This document shows, in pieces, positions 1 through 13,328 of a stretch of 64,000 bases of DNA. The stretch is taken from the NCBI RefSeq assembly GCF_000315625.1, contig NW_005434650.1, positions 628,369 to 692,368 on the forward strand, in the 5' to 3' direction. The notes below the pieces were generated by a model. The model ran no database searches and was not told where the DNA came from. It worked only from the letters and a program-made list of their open reading frames with translations. Numbering within the stretch: the stretch's first letter is position 1; every line of letters begins with the position of its first letter. Made by a program: the position numbers and the translations under genes. This DNA is from Guillardia theta CCMP2712. Its lineage: Eukaryota > Protista > Cryptophyta.

Positions 1-2624
1 ACAAGAAGCTTGTAAAATTAGAACTCACCGCTTCGTCCTCCTTCGTTCCATAAACTCCTCCATTCTTCCACCACTTGGAGGACATGATCGTGAACTCGTC
101 GCTCTGCTCGTTTTCTTCATCGAGCGTCATGTTGATTGAGTTGAAAGCATGAGTCTTGTTCATCTCCTTTGCAATGGTATCGTAATCCCCAGGGATGACG
201 ACATCGCCGTCGTACGACTGGATCATCGTCTTGTCCATTTGCGTTCGGAGCATCTCAGGCAAGAAGGAAATGTTCTGATCCCGAGGTATTCTTCCTGCAC
301 AAATCGTTCACGCTATGAGGAAGGGCTGCACTCTAACTACCTGAATGGAGAGGAAAGATCGGGTCCACCCTCAACGCCTTGAACGACTCGATGTAATCAA
401 TGGGGGCCCCTTGCTTGTACAAGTTTTCCTGCACCACCGTGATCAAGTCGTAGACGGGGAGCCAGCAAAGCTGGTGAAGAACTCCCACCTTGAACATCTT
501 CACCAGGTCCTCCTTGTGGTGGGAGATTGCTAGACTAAGAGGACAGTGACCAAACCTGCCAAGAACTTCACTGGAGAAGTTTTGAGCCTCAGCGTGAGGT
601 TGAACCGATTCAGCACGTCGGGACGACACCCTTTCTTTAGCAAGTATTCCGCAATCTCTGTGTTGCCCCAAATTGCTGCGATGTGCAGAGGCCTGGATAG
701 AGTGTGAAGAGATAGTTCGGATGAATAGGAATACCTATCCAGCAGAATGTCCTTGGCATTATAGTCAGCTCCGTACGATATCAGCAAACGAGCTATGTTC
801 AATGACGAGTAGATGCAGGCTGAAACCAGCTGTGAGACTGAACTATGGAAAGAAACGTTACTTTCACCCCGGTGGAGGGCAGTCCGTCCGTGATTATCCT
901 TGTGATCAACCGAAGCGCCAGCATTCAACAGGAGCTCAGCTGCACGGAAGAAGTTCTGGTCGCAAGCGTACTGCAAGGGAGAGGCTAGGGTTGATCAGTG
1001 CGAGCACATGGTGAAGGGCTGAATGTACACCTAGATTCGCATCGACTTCATTCGGTGTTGCTCCATTTCTCAGCAGAACAAGCATCGCACCTATTTCACC
1101 AGAGCCCGCAGCCAAATGCATCCCTGATACCTGAAATTCCTGTCAGCGTTTGAACTAGCAGTCCCATGATCCCACTTTGAACGGCGAGTCAAAAGAAGAT
1201 CTATAAAGAGCTCCCATCTTCATGTATTTCTCCATGAGGGACTGGTTGCCTTCGAGGACTGCCTGTACCCAGGATCTGTCAAGGTTTGAACCAAACTGTT
1301 TGGAATAAGCTACTTCTTCAAACTCATATTGCAATGTCAGGTTGATTGCCCTGGAGATATTTCGCTTCTTCATCCCAGAGAGCTGAGAGCCTTGGAATCA
1401 GCAACGAAGGCAACTTTTGAAGGAAGCTCACTTCTTCCTCTGTAGGATAGTCCTGTCAAGAGTTTAGACGTTGACAACTGGTTCTATGCAAAACCTGGTG
1501 ATACAAGAGGAGCGTACAATTGTTATTGGCGAGATAAAAGTACGTGGTATCGGTAATACATGAGGAGTTGACGATCTGTACAAGCAATCATCTAATTAAA
1601 CGGGGTGTCTACAACCGCCAACCTTCATGTTGCTGTTCTGTAGAAGGGCACTCCTTGATTGAAGAAGTGTTTCCCTGGATCGGAGATGTTCATTGCAAAA
1701 CCATTCAGCTTCGCACAACACCTGATTTTTTCCTTTGATTTAGCACCGCTCACTGCAGGATTCAGCTCTTCGGAAGTGAGAGCTGAGAAATCATTTATAT
1801 CCCCCAGCTTCACACCAAGTCAGTGTCTGAACATTCCAAGTTCATGGGACTGATAATACCAGCCCAAACTTGTTCTTCATCGCTTTCAACTTCTTTGACT
1901 GGAATGGCCAAGGGGCATTTTCAGTATCCTAATCCTACAATTACAATATACAGATAGAACGTAACGACTAGACCTTTGGACCATAGGGCAATGATTCTCT
2001 ATCCCAAATATGATCAACCTTCTCGGGCTTTTCTTGTCGTGGGATTTGTTCTTCTGACGTTATCGAAGTCGCTTTCAGAAGGTCGTCAATCTCTTCCACT
2101 GCATCCTTCTGTGTCTCTTCTAAAGTCTCCTCCTCTCTGTCAAATTCCTCCAACACCTGCCTTTTCTCATCCTCCAAGATTTTCTCAGCGGTCTCCTGCT
2201 CCTCCATCATCCGGCTTAATGTCATGTTGCACTTGAAAGCCATATCTCTCTCAGTGTGCATCTGTCGCATTTCTTTCTCGAAGGATTTCTTCAGCTTTAG
2301 TAAACTTTGAATCCTGTAACGGAACAGGCTTCGGTACATCGCTTCTGCTTCATCCTCAGACGTTTTCTTCACGGCATCATCTTCGTTTTGCATATATTCT
2401 TCAGATGATTCGCTGCTTCCTGTAGTTTCTCCGGAAGATCCTCCTCGCAACTGCAAAACAAGACAACTCGCACTCGAGGAAAGCTCATCAAGCCTGATGT
2501 TGATGGTATGAAACGAGGACGGCAGTGGTGATAGTGATGATGATGGTGGTGATGAACATGCAATGATCACACAGATCAACACGAGCCTCCTCCTCCATTC
2601 CCCTGGCATTTTCGCCGCTTTCAT
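1..2624 (-). CDS. Ankyrin-repeat protein with signal peptide + LRGG leader and acidic/coiled-coil regions; multi-exon, 3' end runs off the window
   Basis: Exon 1 = ORF 1968-2624 (hydrophobic LVLICVIIACS, then LQLRGG). Downstream pieces carry ankyrin motifs (MHLAAGSG..LLRNGATPNEVD, LLLNAGASVDHKDNHGRTALH, PLHIAAIWGNTEIAEYLLKKG). Donor gtgag at ~29 on minus strand shows the gene continues. Confidence 0.8.
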
Positions 2625-3597
2625 CTGATCCCTTCACACCATCGCAAGTCGCATTCACCCGATTCTCCACACTCACAACCCCACCCCTGGGGTCATGGCA
2701 GAATGAGCTACCCCTACTTTCAAGGTTCCAAGTACCGGTTCTTTAATACCCCATACTCCCAATCAAAATGGGTCCTATAGTGAAGTTTTATCCTCTATTG
2801 GTGTTATAGTCAACAATCTCATAGTCAATATTTATTTTTTTTCTCGGTTGTGCGCGTGCGCAGGAGGAATTGAAGCCATGGCAGCGGTAAGCGAGCAAGT
2901 GACGGCGGTGATGGCGGGATGTGGAGGAGGCTTGAAGTGTTGGGGAGGGAGGTGGACATGCAGGATGAGGAGACATGTGCAGGGCAGATGAGGTAGATAT
3001 GTTGAAGGAGGAGACGCGTGCAAGAAAGATGGTGAGACATGATGAAGAGGTAGCTGTGAAGGGCACGGGTGAAGCATGGATCGGAGAAGGCCTTGTTAGA
3101 CTGGAGGAGAAGGTTTGTGGACGGTGAGACAGAATCAGAGTGCTACAATGTATGCGAGGAGCAGAACTTCTATGAAGGGAGGGAGGGAGGGAGGATGGGA
3201 AGAGCATGGAGAGTGGTTATAAAGCCGTGAGATGTGTGTTGGGCCAGGGACACAAAAAATACAGTGCTGATGATTGAAGTGTGGCCAATGATCTCTTATT
3301 GTATTGCAACTTTGTGAATGAAGAGCACAAGTTTTCAGTCAGATGAATTGCAGGAAAGCAGACGAAAGGACAGTTTTATCTCTGTTTCTCGTGAGCCAAA
3401 TGCTAGTTCGGTTCACTGTGACAAGCTCATGAATGATGACACATTGAAATTCTTGATCATGAATGTTATTTCAAATCAATCTTGTTATCTGGGTTAGCTC
3501 TGTTCGTGTACCTGGGTTGCTGCTGTTGATGTCGGACAGGCCGCGAATCATTCAGTCATTTCCAAAAGCTGACTTGTCCGTTCAGTTGGATGAAAAT

Positions 3598-4028
3598 ATG
3601 CTCGCGTGCACATACGCAACCCTGATTCTTCACGATGACGGGCTTCCCATCACCGCTGACAACGTTGCCAAGCTTACTGAGGTCAAACTAAATGAGAGGA
3701 GGAAAAGATTTTCTCACCCCACTGCAGGAGGCTGGACTAGAAGTCCCGGGATTCTGGCCGAAACTCTTCGTCAGCGCCATCGCCGATTCAAACATCAACG
3801 AGCTCATGATGAATGTCGTAGCGACTAGCCCAGGAGGAGGCGCAGCAGCAGGAGGCGCTGCTCCTGCTGCCGCTGCCGCCGCTCCTGCTGCCGGCGGAAA
3901 GCCCGGTGAGAATCTTGAAACTGCTCGTTCCCCTGCTCTTACTGACTTCCTCGGCAGCTGCTGATGCCAAGAAGAAGGCACCGGAACCTGAGGAGGAGGA
4001 GGACATGGGATTCTCATTGTTTGACTAA
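3598..4028 (+). CDS. RPLP1: 60S acidic ribosomal protein P1 (introns ~3682-3727 and ~3907-3957; true start may be slightly upstream)
   Basis: LACTYATLILHDDGLPITADN...WPKLF, Ala/Gly hinge and C-terminal EEEEDMGFSLFD* typical of P1. Confidence 0.95.
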
Positions 4029-4122
4029 TCATTTAGCATGGGGAATTAAAAGTCATCTCTGGGAATTTATTGTTATAGTTAATGCAGGACATGAAAGAAA
4101 CTGTTTGTTTTTGCAGAAGCGT

Positions 4123-5903
4123 CTACCGATGGACTCGCAGCATCTTCTCTTGTAGCGCCTTGCGCTCATGATAGGGCACTGGAACGTACGGACGTTTCCC
4201 GCATCCCCCGCTTGGACGGCGATTGTCAACGATGCCTGGCAAGCGCCGCCGGTCGTTCTGCATGACATGCTCGTCATTTCCTAACGTATCACATTCACTT
4301 GCATCTACTGACCTCCTTCTCATTCTCCTCCTTCGTTACAACGTCTTCGTTGGCCTGCATCACAAACGACTTCCGTACTTGCAAGTCCCGACCCTACTCC
4401 ACGCAGTCAGTATCCTCCATGTCATCATACGAGTATCCGCGCCTGCGCAGTCGGAGGAACGCTGAAGTCTTCACTGCGTCTTCCCTGAGATGTTCCTGGC
4501 TTGTTTGCGGGATACTTGGAACCTGGCAGTTTGCTCTGGAGCTGTGGCAAGGGGTCAGCTGGAGTGTCAAGGAGCCGCACAACCCACTTGGCTGAGCTGC
4601 CGAGGGACGCGGATTGTGTCGACGAGGTTTTTGCTTGTATGGCCTTCAGTGTCTGGACCGCATTTGATCGCAGCGTCCGCCATCCTTCTCTGGACTATGG
4701 GATGATTCCTGGGGGATTGTCAGCCGTTGGACATGCACCAGGCGCAAACTCATCACAGGATGTCGTCGACTGTTGGTCTCTTTGCTGGGTCTACTTGAAG
4801 GAGCAGGTTGACCATGATCGAGAGATCTTGACTGTATGTAGCAGGTATTGACGGATACACTCCCCGAATCACCTACATTTGACAACCATGGTCCATCAAC
4901 GGTCGATGAACATGATTAGTATCACCTTCTCAGCCAGGCTGCGTTCATCCCGCGCTTCGAATGGATGCTTGAGGGCTGCTAGCTCGTACCTTCATCCGCT
5001 TGTCAAATACAAAGCCAGCAGGTCGAGGCTCTTACAAGAGGCATCCCACAGACCAGATGTCGGATTTCTTGTTGTAAGGCCTTCTCCTCCAGATCTCGGG
5101 TGACATGTAGTATCTTGATAAGAGTGTCAGATGCACGTCGACCATCATGGAAGTTGAGCATGGAGCTACGTACGGAGTTCCGATCTGAGTGTACGCCATC
5201 CCACCCTTCGTGACCTAGCAAGAACATTCATTCCTGCGATCCGGTTCTCCCTTGCAGCTGCTCTATCACCTTTGCTACTCCCAAGTCTCCAATCTTCACT
5301 TCTCTAGCAGCTACAAGAAAGATGTTTTGCGCTTTGATATCTCGATGTAAGATGTTTGCAGAGTGTAATGACCTTAACCCTTGGCAAGTCTGCAAGCAAC
5401 AGCAAGTGACTACATCAATGTCATACGGGCGAATCTGCTCCTACCTGTATAAAGAATCCCCATATCATGTCTTCATTCATCGGTTCATTTCTCGCTGCGT
5501 GCCGTTTGACCTGCCACTCTCAATCAGCCATGCTGTCAGCATGTTATGGACTCTACCTTAGCCCCGATGTCCCCACCCCTTGCAAGCTCAGTAACAATGA
5601 AGAGTCTATCATTCTCGATGAAAGCATCATAATATCTTACAACATCAGTCATTCGCATGAGCGATCTGATGTCACATCGATGCGATCTCACCTGATGACC
5701 ATGTTGTGATTGACTGACGCAAGAATCCTGACCTCGTTCACTGCATCCTCCCTCTCTCGCTGCGACATTGACTTGATGTTGACCTCCTTGATCGCGTACT
5801 CCTGGTTGTCGGAGCATCTGATACAGCGATAGACTCTTCCAAATGATCCCTTGCCGATGAGCCTGAGGTCTCGGAAAGACTTGAGACTGCTACCCTCGCT
5901 CAT
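4123..5903 (-). CDS. NIMA-related (NEK) Ser/Thr kinase, multi-exon
   Basis: [68 protein letters not shown]; NEK-typical N-lobe. Confidence 0.9.
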
Positions 5904-6726
5904 CCTCTGCCCTAGTCTGATCAGGAGATAAGAGTTGTTCAGGACGGGGTCACTGTCATGAGCAGACTGTAGAATGAATATCAGAACCAGAGAAAAACAA
6001 GAGAAATCTTTTCAAGTTTTTTGTTGTATACAAAGAGAGTTAGTTTTGCATGAAGATGATTTCGATCCCAGCGATGCCGCGCATCGCTGGGAATTGTTTT
6101 TCAGTCTGCGATGAGTGCTTTTCTATGCCGAATGAATTCATTAGGCTGCATGCGTAACGAATTCCGTCAACAAAGGTGATATTCACTTTCGAATGACTGA
6201 CGCTCACTGCTATTTTCTACACCGTCTTCCGACAGGTCATCGAACAGTCTTCTGACACTTCCAACATGCCGCACACCCAAACACTTCATCATGCTTGGCA
6301 AGATCGAATCCAATCTCTACCAAAACTTGCAATTGAGTTCGTAACTACATGTAGAATCAGATCATGGGGCATTTTTTCTCTGTAAATCTCGTTCTTCCTC
6401 TCCCTCCCCCTGCATCCCGTTCCCTTCGTCTTTCATTTCGTATTTGCTAGATAACGGCTTTTCCCTCATAATCTCATCCCCCACCCCCTCTTTCCCCTTT
6501 GATTTCCCTACACCCCTCATACACTTCGTGTTTGCCTCAAGGCTCTACCGTACCGGTGCAGTCACTGTACCCTCCCTTTTCCCTCGATGTACCCCCCACC
6601 CCCACCGCTAATGCCCGGGCCCAGCATCGGAAGCCGGTAGCGCGGCTCACAGCCGACTCTCGACTGAGAAACTCAGAACCTGTAAGAGCGGGGATGTGGT
6701 GTCAACCCGCCATTTCAACGGCTGCC

Positions 6727-7626
6727 ATGTCCGAGGACGCTGCTGGAGCGGGGGGAGGGGAAGCCGCGGAGGAGCGGAGCGGAGAGGAGGAGGCAGGGGT
6801 GTCTCTTACCAAGGATGATATCAAGACCTCGCTCAAGGGACTGTCGAAGACGATTGATGGCAGTGGATACGCGTTCACCATAGCAGAACTGCCCGGTAGG
6901 GGGTTGACGGACATAAAAGAATTGCAGGGGTACGTGCACTTGAGATATGTGAACCTCTCGGGGAATCTGATTACAGAGCTCGATGCTCTTTCGGAGATGA
7001 ACCATCTTCTCTCTATCGACCTGTCGAACAACAGATTGGAGAATGTGAAACTGCCTGCGCTGGAATTCCTTCAAATTCTAGATCTCTCGAGGAATCGTAT
7101 CAAAGAGATTCAGGAGCTCGCCTTTCCCATGTTGACAAAACTCATCCTCAGCCAGAACCAAATTGAAAGCATCGGAAAGCTGGATGGGAACCCGAACTTG
7201 AAGCACCTGGACCTCGTGGAGAACCAACTAACATCATGCGAAGGACTAGGGGTATCTTCGTTGGAGCAGCTGAAGCTTCGAGCAAACAAGGTGACAGGAC
7301 TGAAAGGGCTCGAGAATGTCGTACATGTCACAGAGCTGGACATGAGCGAAAATGCGATCGAAAGCCTGGCAGGGCTGAATCCTGAGGGGAAGCTGAAGAC
7401 TTTGATCGTGGCTAATAACCAGATCCCTACCATGGAGGCCTTGGAGGCGCTGGGAGCTTTGAAGTTAGAAAACTTGGACGTGAGAGAGAATCCGATGATG
7501 GAAAACTTTGAGAAGCCAAAGCTGATCAAGACGATCCCCTCCCTCAGCTCGCTGAATGGAGAGCCATTGACCGCTGAAGAGAAGGAGGCAGCGCTGAAGG
7601 AGGAGGAAGCTGCAGAAGCAACATAA
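6727..7626 (+). CDS. LRRC23: Leucine-rich repeat protein, LRRC23-like (axonemal radial-spoke associated); intronless
   Basis: N-terminal LSKTIDGSGYAF..LTDIKELQGYVHLRYVNLSGNLIT resembles the recalled LRRC23 N-terminus; ~9 SDS22-type LRRs and LRR cap (ENP..IPSLSSLNG). Confidence 0.75.
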   Translation: MSEDAAGAGGGEAAEERSGEEEAGVSLTKDDIKTSLKGLSKTIDGSGYAFTIAELPGRGLTDIKELQGYVHLRYVNLSGNLITELDALSEMNHLLSIDLSNNRLENVKLPALEFLQILDLSRNRIKEIQELAFPMLTKLILSQNQIESIGKLDGNPNLKHLDLVENQLTSCEGLGVSSLEQLKLRANKVTGLKGLENVVHVTELDMSENAIESLAGLNPEGKLKTLIVANNQIPTMEALEALGALKLENLDVRENPMMENFEKPKLIKTIPSLSSLNGEPLTAEEKEAALKEEEAAEAT

Positions 7627-7743
7627 TGCGAGGAGTGCGGGTGAAAGAGAAACCTATCATCCTGGGAGATCGCTTTTTAATGATGAAGGGAATGGGAGCA
7701 AAAAGAGTCAATAAAGAGGATTGCTTGAATTTTTCTGTGCAAT

Positions 7744-8908
7744 TTAGATACTTTCCGGCACTGTGTTGTCTAGGGTATATTTGCAGAGTTTGCCTGATCT
7801 GTAGTTCGCGATGAGGAATTTGGCTGCTTTTGTCAGTGAGATTATATTTTCTATTTTCCCGCTTGTGTTGCGTTTTGCCTGCTCAAACAAGGACTGTTTC
7901 TCACCCACGGCAGTCAAGATCTCACCAAGGTCAGTGCAATCAGTCGGGAGCGATAATTCTGTGAGGTAGTTGGTTGACTGGCGCATGGAGAGCATGTGTA
8001 TAAGAAACTCGGCGAGAATAAGGGGGTCGATGAGCGAGTCTTTGATCGCTCCAGTGAGAGCAAGCTTCAGGCCGTCGATCACATCGAGATCCATCTTGAC
8101 TATCCCGGGGGTGTCCACCAGGAAGGATGGAGGTTTCACATGGAACTGAATGGTGGAAACATGCTTAGTCACTCCTGGAAGCGCCCCTGTGTTGGCAACT
8201 TTGCCCGGACTCTTCTGCTTGCCATCCTTGTAGCCAAAGTTCCTAAGCGTGTTGATCAGAGTGGATTTCCCTGTGTTGGGAATCCCGACTATCATGCACA
8301 GGAGCGTTCGGTCAAGCCGGGATATCAATCCTCTAGCATGCAGCTCCGAAGGCATCAGCTCCTTGATGTTGGCCCCATGGACTGCTTGCGTGAAGGTCAC
8401 AGTGTCCCCCTTGTCCGTGAAGAACTTTCGCCATTTCTCACGCTCGGACGGCAAGATCAGGTCTTGCTTGTTGAGGACTATCACGCGTCTCTTCCTGGCC
8501 AGCAACTCCTGTATCCGTGCACACTCTGAAGTCAAGGGGATCCTTGCATCGCGAACCTCTATCACCTGCCATGCACCATCATTGCGATCGAGAGCGGTTC
8601 CAGGGATCTTACCATGTCCGACACCTTGATGCGCTGCTCGATCTTTCTGACGGCCTCTGCCATGTGCCCGGGGTACCAGTTGATCTTTGAGGCATCGAAA
8701 GAACGGAAAGACATCGAGAACGAGGAGGAGGATGGGGGCGGAGGAGGAGCAGTGGGGGAGGAGGCGGAGCGGGACAAGGAGGGTGCTTGCTGCCTTTTTA
8801 AGTATTTCCATTAAATTTATAGGAAGCAACTATTAAGCAGTTGCTGCCCCGGTGTTGCAGAAATCTTTGCAGGTTGGAAATTCCCACACAGCCGGAGGGA
8901 GCAAGCAT
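7744..8908 (-). CDS. MTG1: Circularly permuted ribosome-assembly GTPase (MTG1/RbgA/YlqF family), probably mitochondrial; start uncertain (8908 or 8714)
   Basis: INWYPGHM, EVRDARIPL, NKQD (G4), GIPNTGKST (G1), PGVTK (G2), DTPG (G3); intron ~8566-8613 joins the two ORFs. Confidence 0.9.
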
Positions 8909-9147
8909 GCTTGAGAAGAAAGGAATGAAGGAGCAGGGAGGCAGGGAGCAGGGAGGCAGGGTGGGAGGCAGGGTGAGAGGCAGAGTGGGAGGTGTGAGAC
9001 TAACCTTCTAGTGTTGTTCACAACTTCTGCAAAAAACGAATGTTTGTACTTGGTTTCCTTCTACCTCTTCTCGATGCAGTCTCATCTCTCAGATCTCCCT
9101 CCCTCATACCTCTCCTCGATCCATCTAGACTCATCCTCCCTTGTTGA

Positions 9148-12100
9148 TCACCAGAGTTTGATGCTGCTGTCCTGTGAAGCAGAGAGCAGGCGGCCGGAGG
9201 AGGTGAAGCACAGGCGAGACACTTTGTTCTCGTGATTGGTATCAATCACGGCGATGCAGGTGTGACTGTACAGGTCCCAAAGTCTGCCAGGCAGAGGGAG
9301 GGAGGGGGACAGGGAGGAAGAGGAAGAGGAAGAGGAAGAGGAAGAGGAAGGGGGGAGGAAGAGGAGAAGCAGATATATCAGGCAAGGGCGTCAGGAGCGG
9401 TCAACCGACTACCTGATGGTCTCGTCATCTGATCCGGAGGCCAGGAAGTGCCGATGGGGCTCGAGGACAAAGTTTTCTCCACAGACAGGGATGAAGGTGT
9501 TACCTGAGATGAAACATCAGAGAGGACTTGTCAAGTATCACAGTGTCGATCACAGAATATCAACACTTCTCCATGATCGTTCTCCTTGTCGTCCAGCACC
9601 TGCAGATGATAGCTACCTCCCTTCCCAGCAGAGTACGTCACTGCGCATTCCCAGCCATCAGGGAACTGTTCCCCCTTCCTCGTCCTCCCGATGCTCGTGT
9701 CCCACTTTACCCTGCAGGCCTGCTTGTCCTGCGAGACTCGGGTAATGACGCCGGGACCTCCCTTCGACTCGTCCACGTTGTCCCTCCTCTTCAGCCACTC
9801 CTGTCCTTCACTCGACACCTTCACTCGCATGCCGACCGCAGGAGGCGTCTCTCTGCCCACCAGCAGAGCATCAGGCGAGATCGGCACCCAGCCGCCATAG
9901 TCGGCTCCATCGGGAGGGCCTGTGCCGTCAGCGCCTGAGATCTTGCATGCTCTGGTGAGGTAGTCCGGTAGCAGGTCGCCGACGACGCCGTGCCAAGACC
10001 CCATGAAGTCATCTCCTGTACCGTTCCAGTCCCAGACCTCCACTCTGACAGGGATGTTGCGCACGCTGCTGCCTGTGGGCGACTTGATGTCTCGAATCTC
10101 GGGAAGGATGAAGAAGAATGTTTCGTTCCATCTCGGATTCCTGTTCTGTTTCATCACCCTGGTCCGGGCGGACTTCTCCTCAACCTTATACAACTTCCCG
10201 CTCACTTTCACGATCCCCCCCACGATCACCACAGCGAACGGATCACTGGAGCCCTCGCCGTCCATTCCAACGTCCGCCACGTCCAGGTCCCTTGCCTTCA
10301 ACAGGCTGATGGTGACGCAACAAAACCGCTGGCACTCTTCGCCGGTCCGGTACTCCGACATCGTCAGCTGCGACTGAGCCCGCCTGGGGCTCTCGAAGCT
10401 CGGGTTCTCATCCTGAACCACCTCATGGAGTTGAGAGACGAGGACGGAGGTGAACGAGGAGAGGCTGGTCACGTAGGCGCTATGACCCTCTAGTCTTGTT
10501 ATGATCTTGGACTGCAGATGGTCCATCACTATGATCGACTGATCGCTAGTGGCCACGTACAGCCGCCCCCCGTACGACAGCAAGTCATTGCAGATGTTGC
10601 CCTGGAGGTCCACCATGGCGAGGGCCGCGAAGCTGAAGACATCCCAGATCCTGACTGTAGTGTCCATGGAGCCTGAGAAGATGCGTCGATCGTCGACACA
10701 CAGTGCGGTGATGGAGCTAGTGGAAGGAGAGGACAAGCATCAGTCATACTCGCAAGCCAACAACTTCTTCTGCCTACCTGTTGTGACCTTTGAGCACCCC
10801 TAAGGGCTCGGGCCCTTCCGCGTCGGCTCCCTTATCTCCTATGAATGTTGCATCGTAGACATGGATGTTCCGATCGCTGGATGCTGTGTACAGTCTGACG
10901 AGCCCGTGAGCAAGTTCATGGCGGATGTTGGGGTTGATTCGCCTGTGTACCAGGCATGTGATGTTGCCCTGGTGCCGGTTGAACTTCTGCAGACAGGGGA
11001 TGGTCGAATTGGATTGAAGCATCTCCTCTGCGATTTGAAAGGTGTGGAGGTAGTTTGAACCCGTGAACAGCTGGAGTGAGTACCTGCCGCTGCCAACCGC
11101 CAGGCAAGAGACCACCTCATCGAAGTACAGGTCAATCACTCTGATACATTCACCCGTCGTCATATCCCAAACTCTCACAGTCTTGTCCATCGACGAGGAG
11201 AAGAGCAGGTTCTCATGCTGGCCGAGGCTCGTCACTGTCTGGTAGTGACCCCAGAGTGTTCTTTCGCACGACGTTGACAACATCTCGCAGAAGTCAACCT
11301 GCCGATTCCGAATCGTCGGCTCGTGCATCTCGTCTAGGGTTTCTTTCTTGAGGTAGGGGAGATCGCAAGGTCGAATCAATTCCTCTACCACAGAGAGGAA
11401 CATGTTTCTCAAGTCGTTCAATATCCGATGACGTGCTTTCCGTGACCCTGGTTGGTTCTCGGGGCAACAGCAACAATCCGCATCGGATGATCGAACTTTC
11501 TTCTGATCGATGTCTGGGAGCATTTGTTAGTTGGTTTCAACTGCTTCACAGTCCTCGCCTGTTAGATTCAGCTCTTCATTCACTGCAACCTTCAAATCTT
11601 GGAGCTTCAAGATCTGCGCAAGAATATCCTGAATGTACTCAACGATACTGGAGGGATCGGTCTTGGATTTGAACACCATGGCGATCATCAAGCACTTGTA
11701 AGCCAGCACTTTATCCTCGTCATCACCTTGTAACATTGACAACACCTTGTTCGCCAACCGTTTCACGTCACTCAGGAGCGAGTCCGCGGCATAGAGCTGG
11801 TTGAGAATCTGAGCACTGACAGACTTGATCAGGCCTTCGATCATGGCGTGAAGATCCTTCTTCACTGAAGGGTTGATCCCATTCCTCACAACCTCCAAGC
11901 TGCAGAGACTCGTGAGCTCGTAAAACACCACTAGCACAGCTGCTGACCTTGATCTCATCTTCTGCAAGATGGTCTGAGACGTCTGAGCCTTGAAGCTCAG
12001 GTCAGAGTTGTCCACAACAACCTCTGGCCCCCAAGGTCTTCGGATGACTGTCTCGTCCTCTTCTCTTGTCACCGTCTGCTCCATCTCACTTCCTTCATCC

Positions 12101-13314
12101 TCCATGTGCTGCCCGTCTTGAAGCCTCAGGCTCAGCAGGACTTGACCAGCATGCGAGGAGTCCGCCTTCCGTTGCACAGCATGGAAAGCTCTGGAGTCAT
12201 CAGGAGTGAGCGAGAACCTAACGAGCAACTGTTCAGCAAGAGGAGCAGAGAAACACTCGGACAGCTGACCATCTCTCTGAACGCTCTCCTTTGACCAGGT
12301 CCCTTGAGAAGTTCACGTACACTTGGCCGATCAAGTCATCCCGGTCGTCGTTGGCGTCCCACACCTGCACTATGAGTGGGAGCGACGCTCCGGCCTGGTC
12401 AAAGGACATCGAGAATGTTTCATTCCATTCCTACACAGCATCAAGACATGTGATGAACGATCATCGAACCTCACAGGACGGTATGTTTCGTATACAGTCT
12501 TGCTTCTGAACCTCTCTGTTCCGTCATACCTCAAGACCACGTAAGGGTCACAACCGTCCCTGTCAGAGATTCCAACAGCATCCATCTGCGGCAGCCCCTC
12601 TGCTCTCAGTATCCCGATCTCGAGGAAGCGTCTCTCGCCGAGCATGCCTGACAAGCAGGAGGCGTCACGAGCTGGCTATCAAAGTCGTTGAGCACCGGGC
12701 GAGTCTTGGACGTTCCTTGAACCCCTGCTGACCTTGTAGATGGGGTATGTATCCGTGTAGACATGAAAGAGCTTGTACGCGAGTCGCAAGGCCCACTCTG
12801 TCGTCTGGCTGAACTTCTCGTTCTCCTGGAGCGCTTGCTCCGTTTCTCGTCGTCGTTGTACATCTTTGGGCAGCGACAGAGTGTTACCAAGAGACCTGCA
12901 ACGGCATGTATGATGCGGCAGCGAGGAGGATCATTGAGTCGACCTTATGATCGAGAGGTTCTCCTCCGGGTCTGCTCTCCCTTCAGAGGGAGGATGGTAT
13001 GTTCCTGTAGAGTCTCCGTCTGTGCCTGCAGCAGGGGCTATGTTTCCTCCACTCCCCCGAATCACCATCCCCCGCTCCAACGTGGTCGTGACATCGTTGA
13101 GAGGCTGATGGAACGTCTCTTGCTTGTTCTGGTAGGAAGAGTTCGTCCTCCAGTCTCCCACATGCCTGCTCTTCCGGAATCCCATCTGCACCAGGCACCC
13201 CATCCCGTGCAGCCCTTCCTGTTGGGGGTATGGCCGAGACATGGCTGCTCGCACATCTTTCTTGTACTCCTCGAACTCTTCGTCAAGCTTCTTTAGCCGC
13301 GCCTCCTTGTTCAT
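9148..13314 (-). CDS. Multidomain protein: C2 - helical - WD40 repeats - C2 - MIB/HERC2-like - WD40; multi-exon
   Basis: C2 ([18 protein letters not shown]; [36 protein letters not shown]); WD40 ([20 protein letters not shown]; [12 protein letters not shown]; SGSDDETIR|LWD; [11 protein letters not shown]); [27 protein letters not shown]. Confidence 0.8.
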
Positions 13315-13328
13315 AGCTGCCTTGCTCC

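Noticed and set aside
2788-3207. Ser/Pro/His-rich ORFs upstream of RPLP1
   Set aside because: Purine-rich intergenic sequence with no domain or splice support.
6499-6726. N-terminal extension of the LRR ORF
   Set aside because: Begins at a non-ATG codon and translates the promoter-like C-rich block; ATG 6727 in gccATG context is the likelier start.
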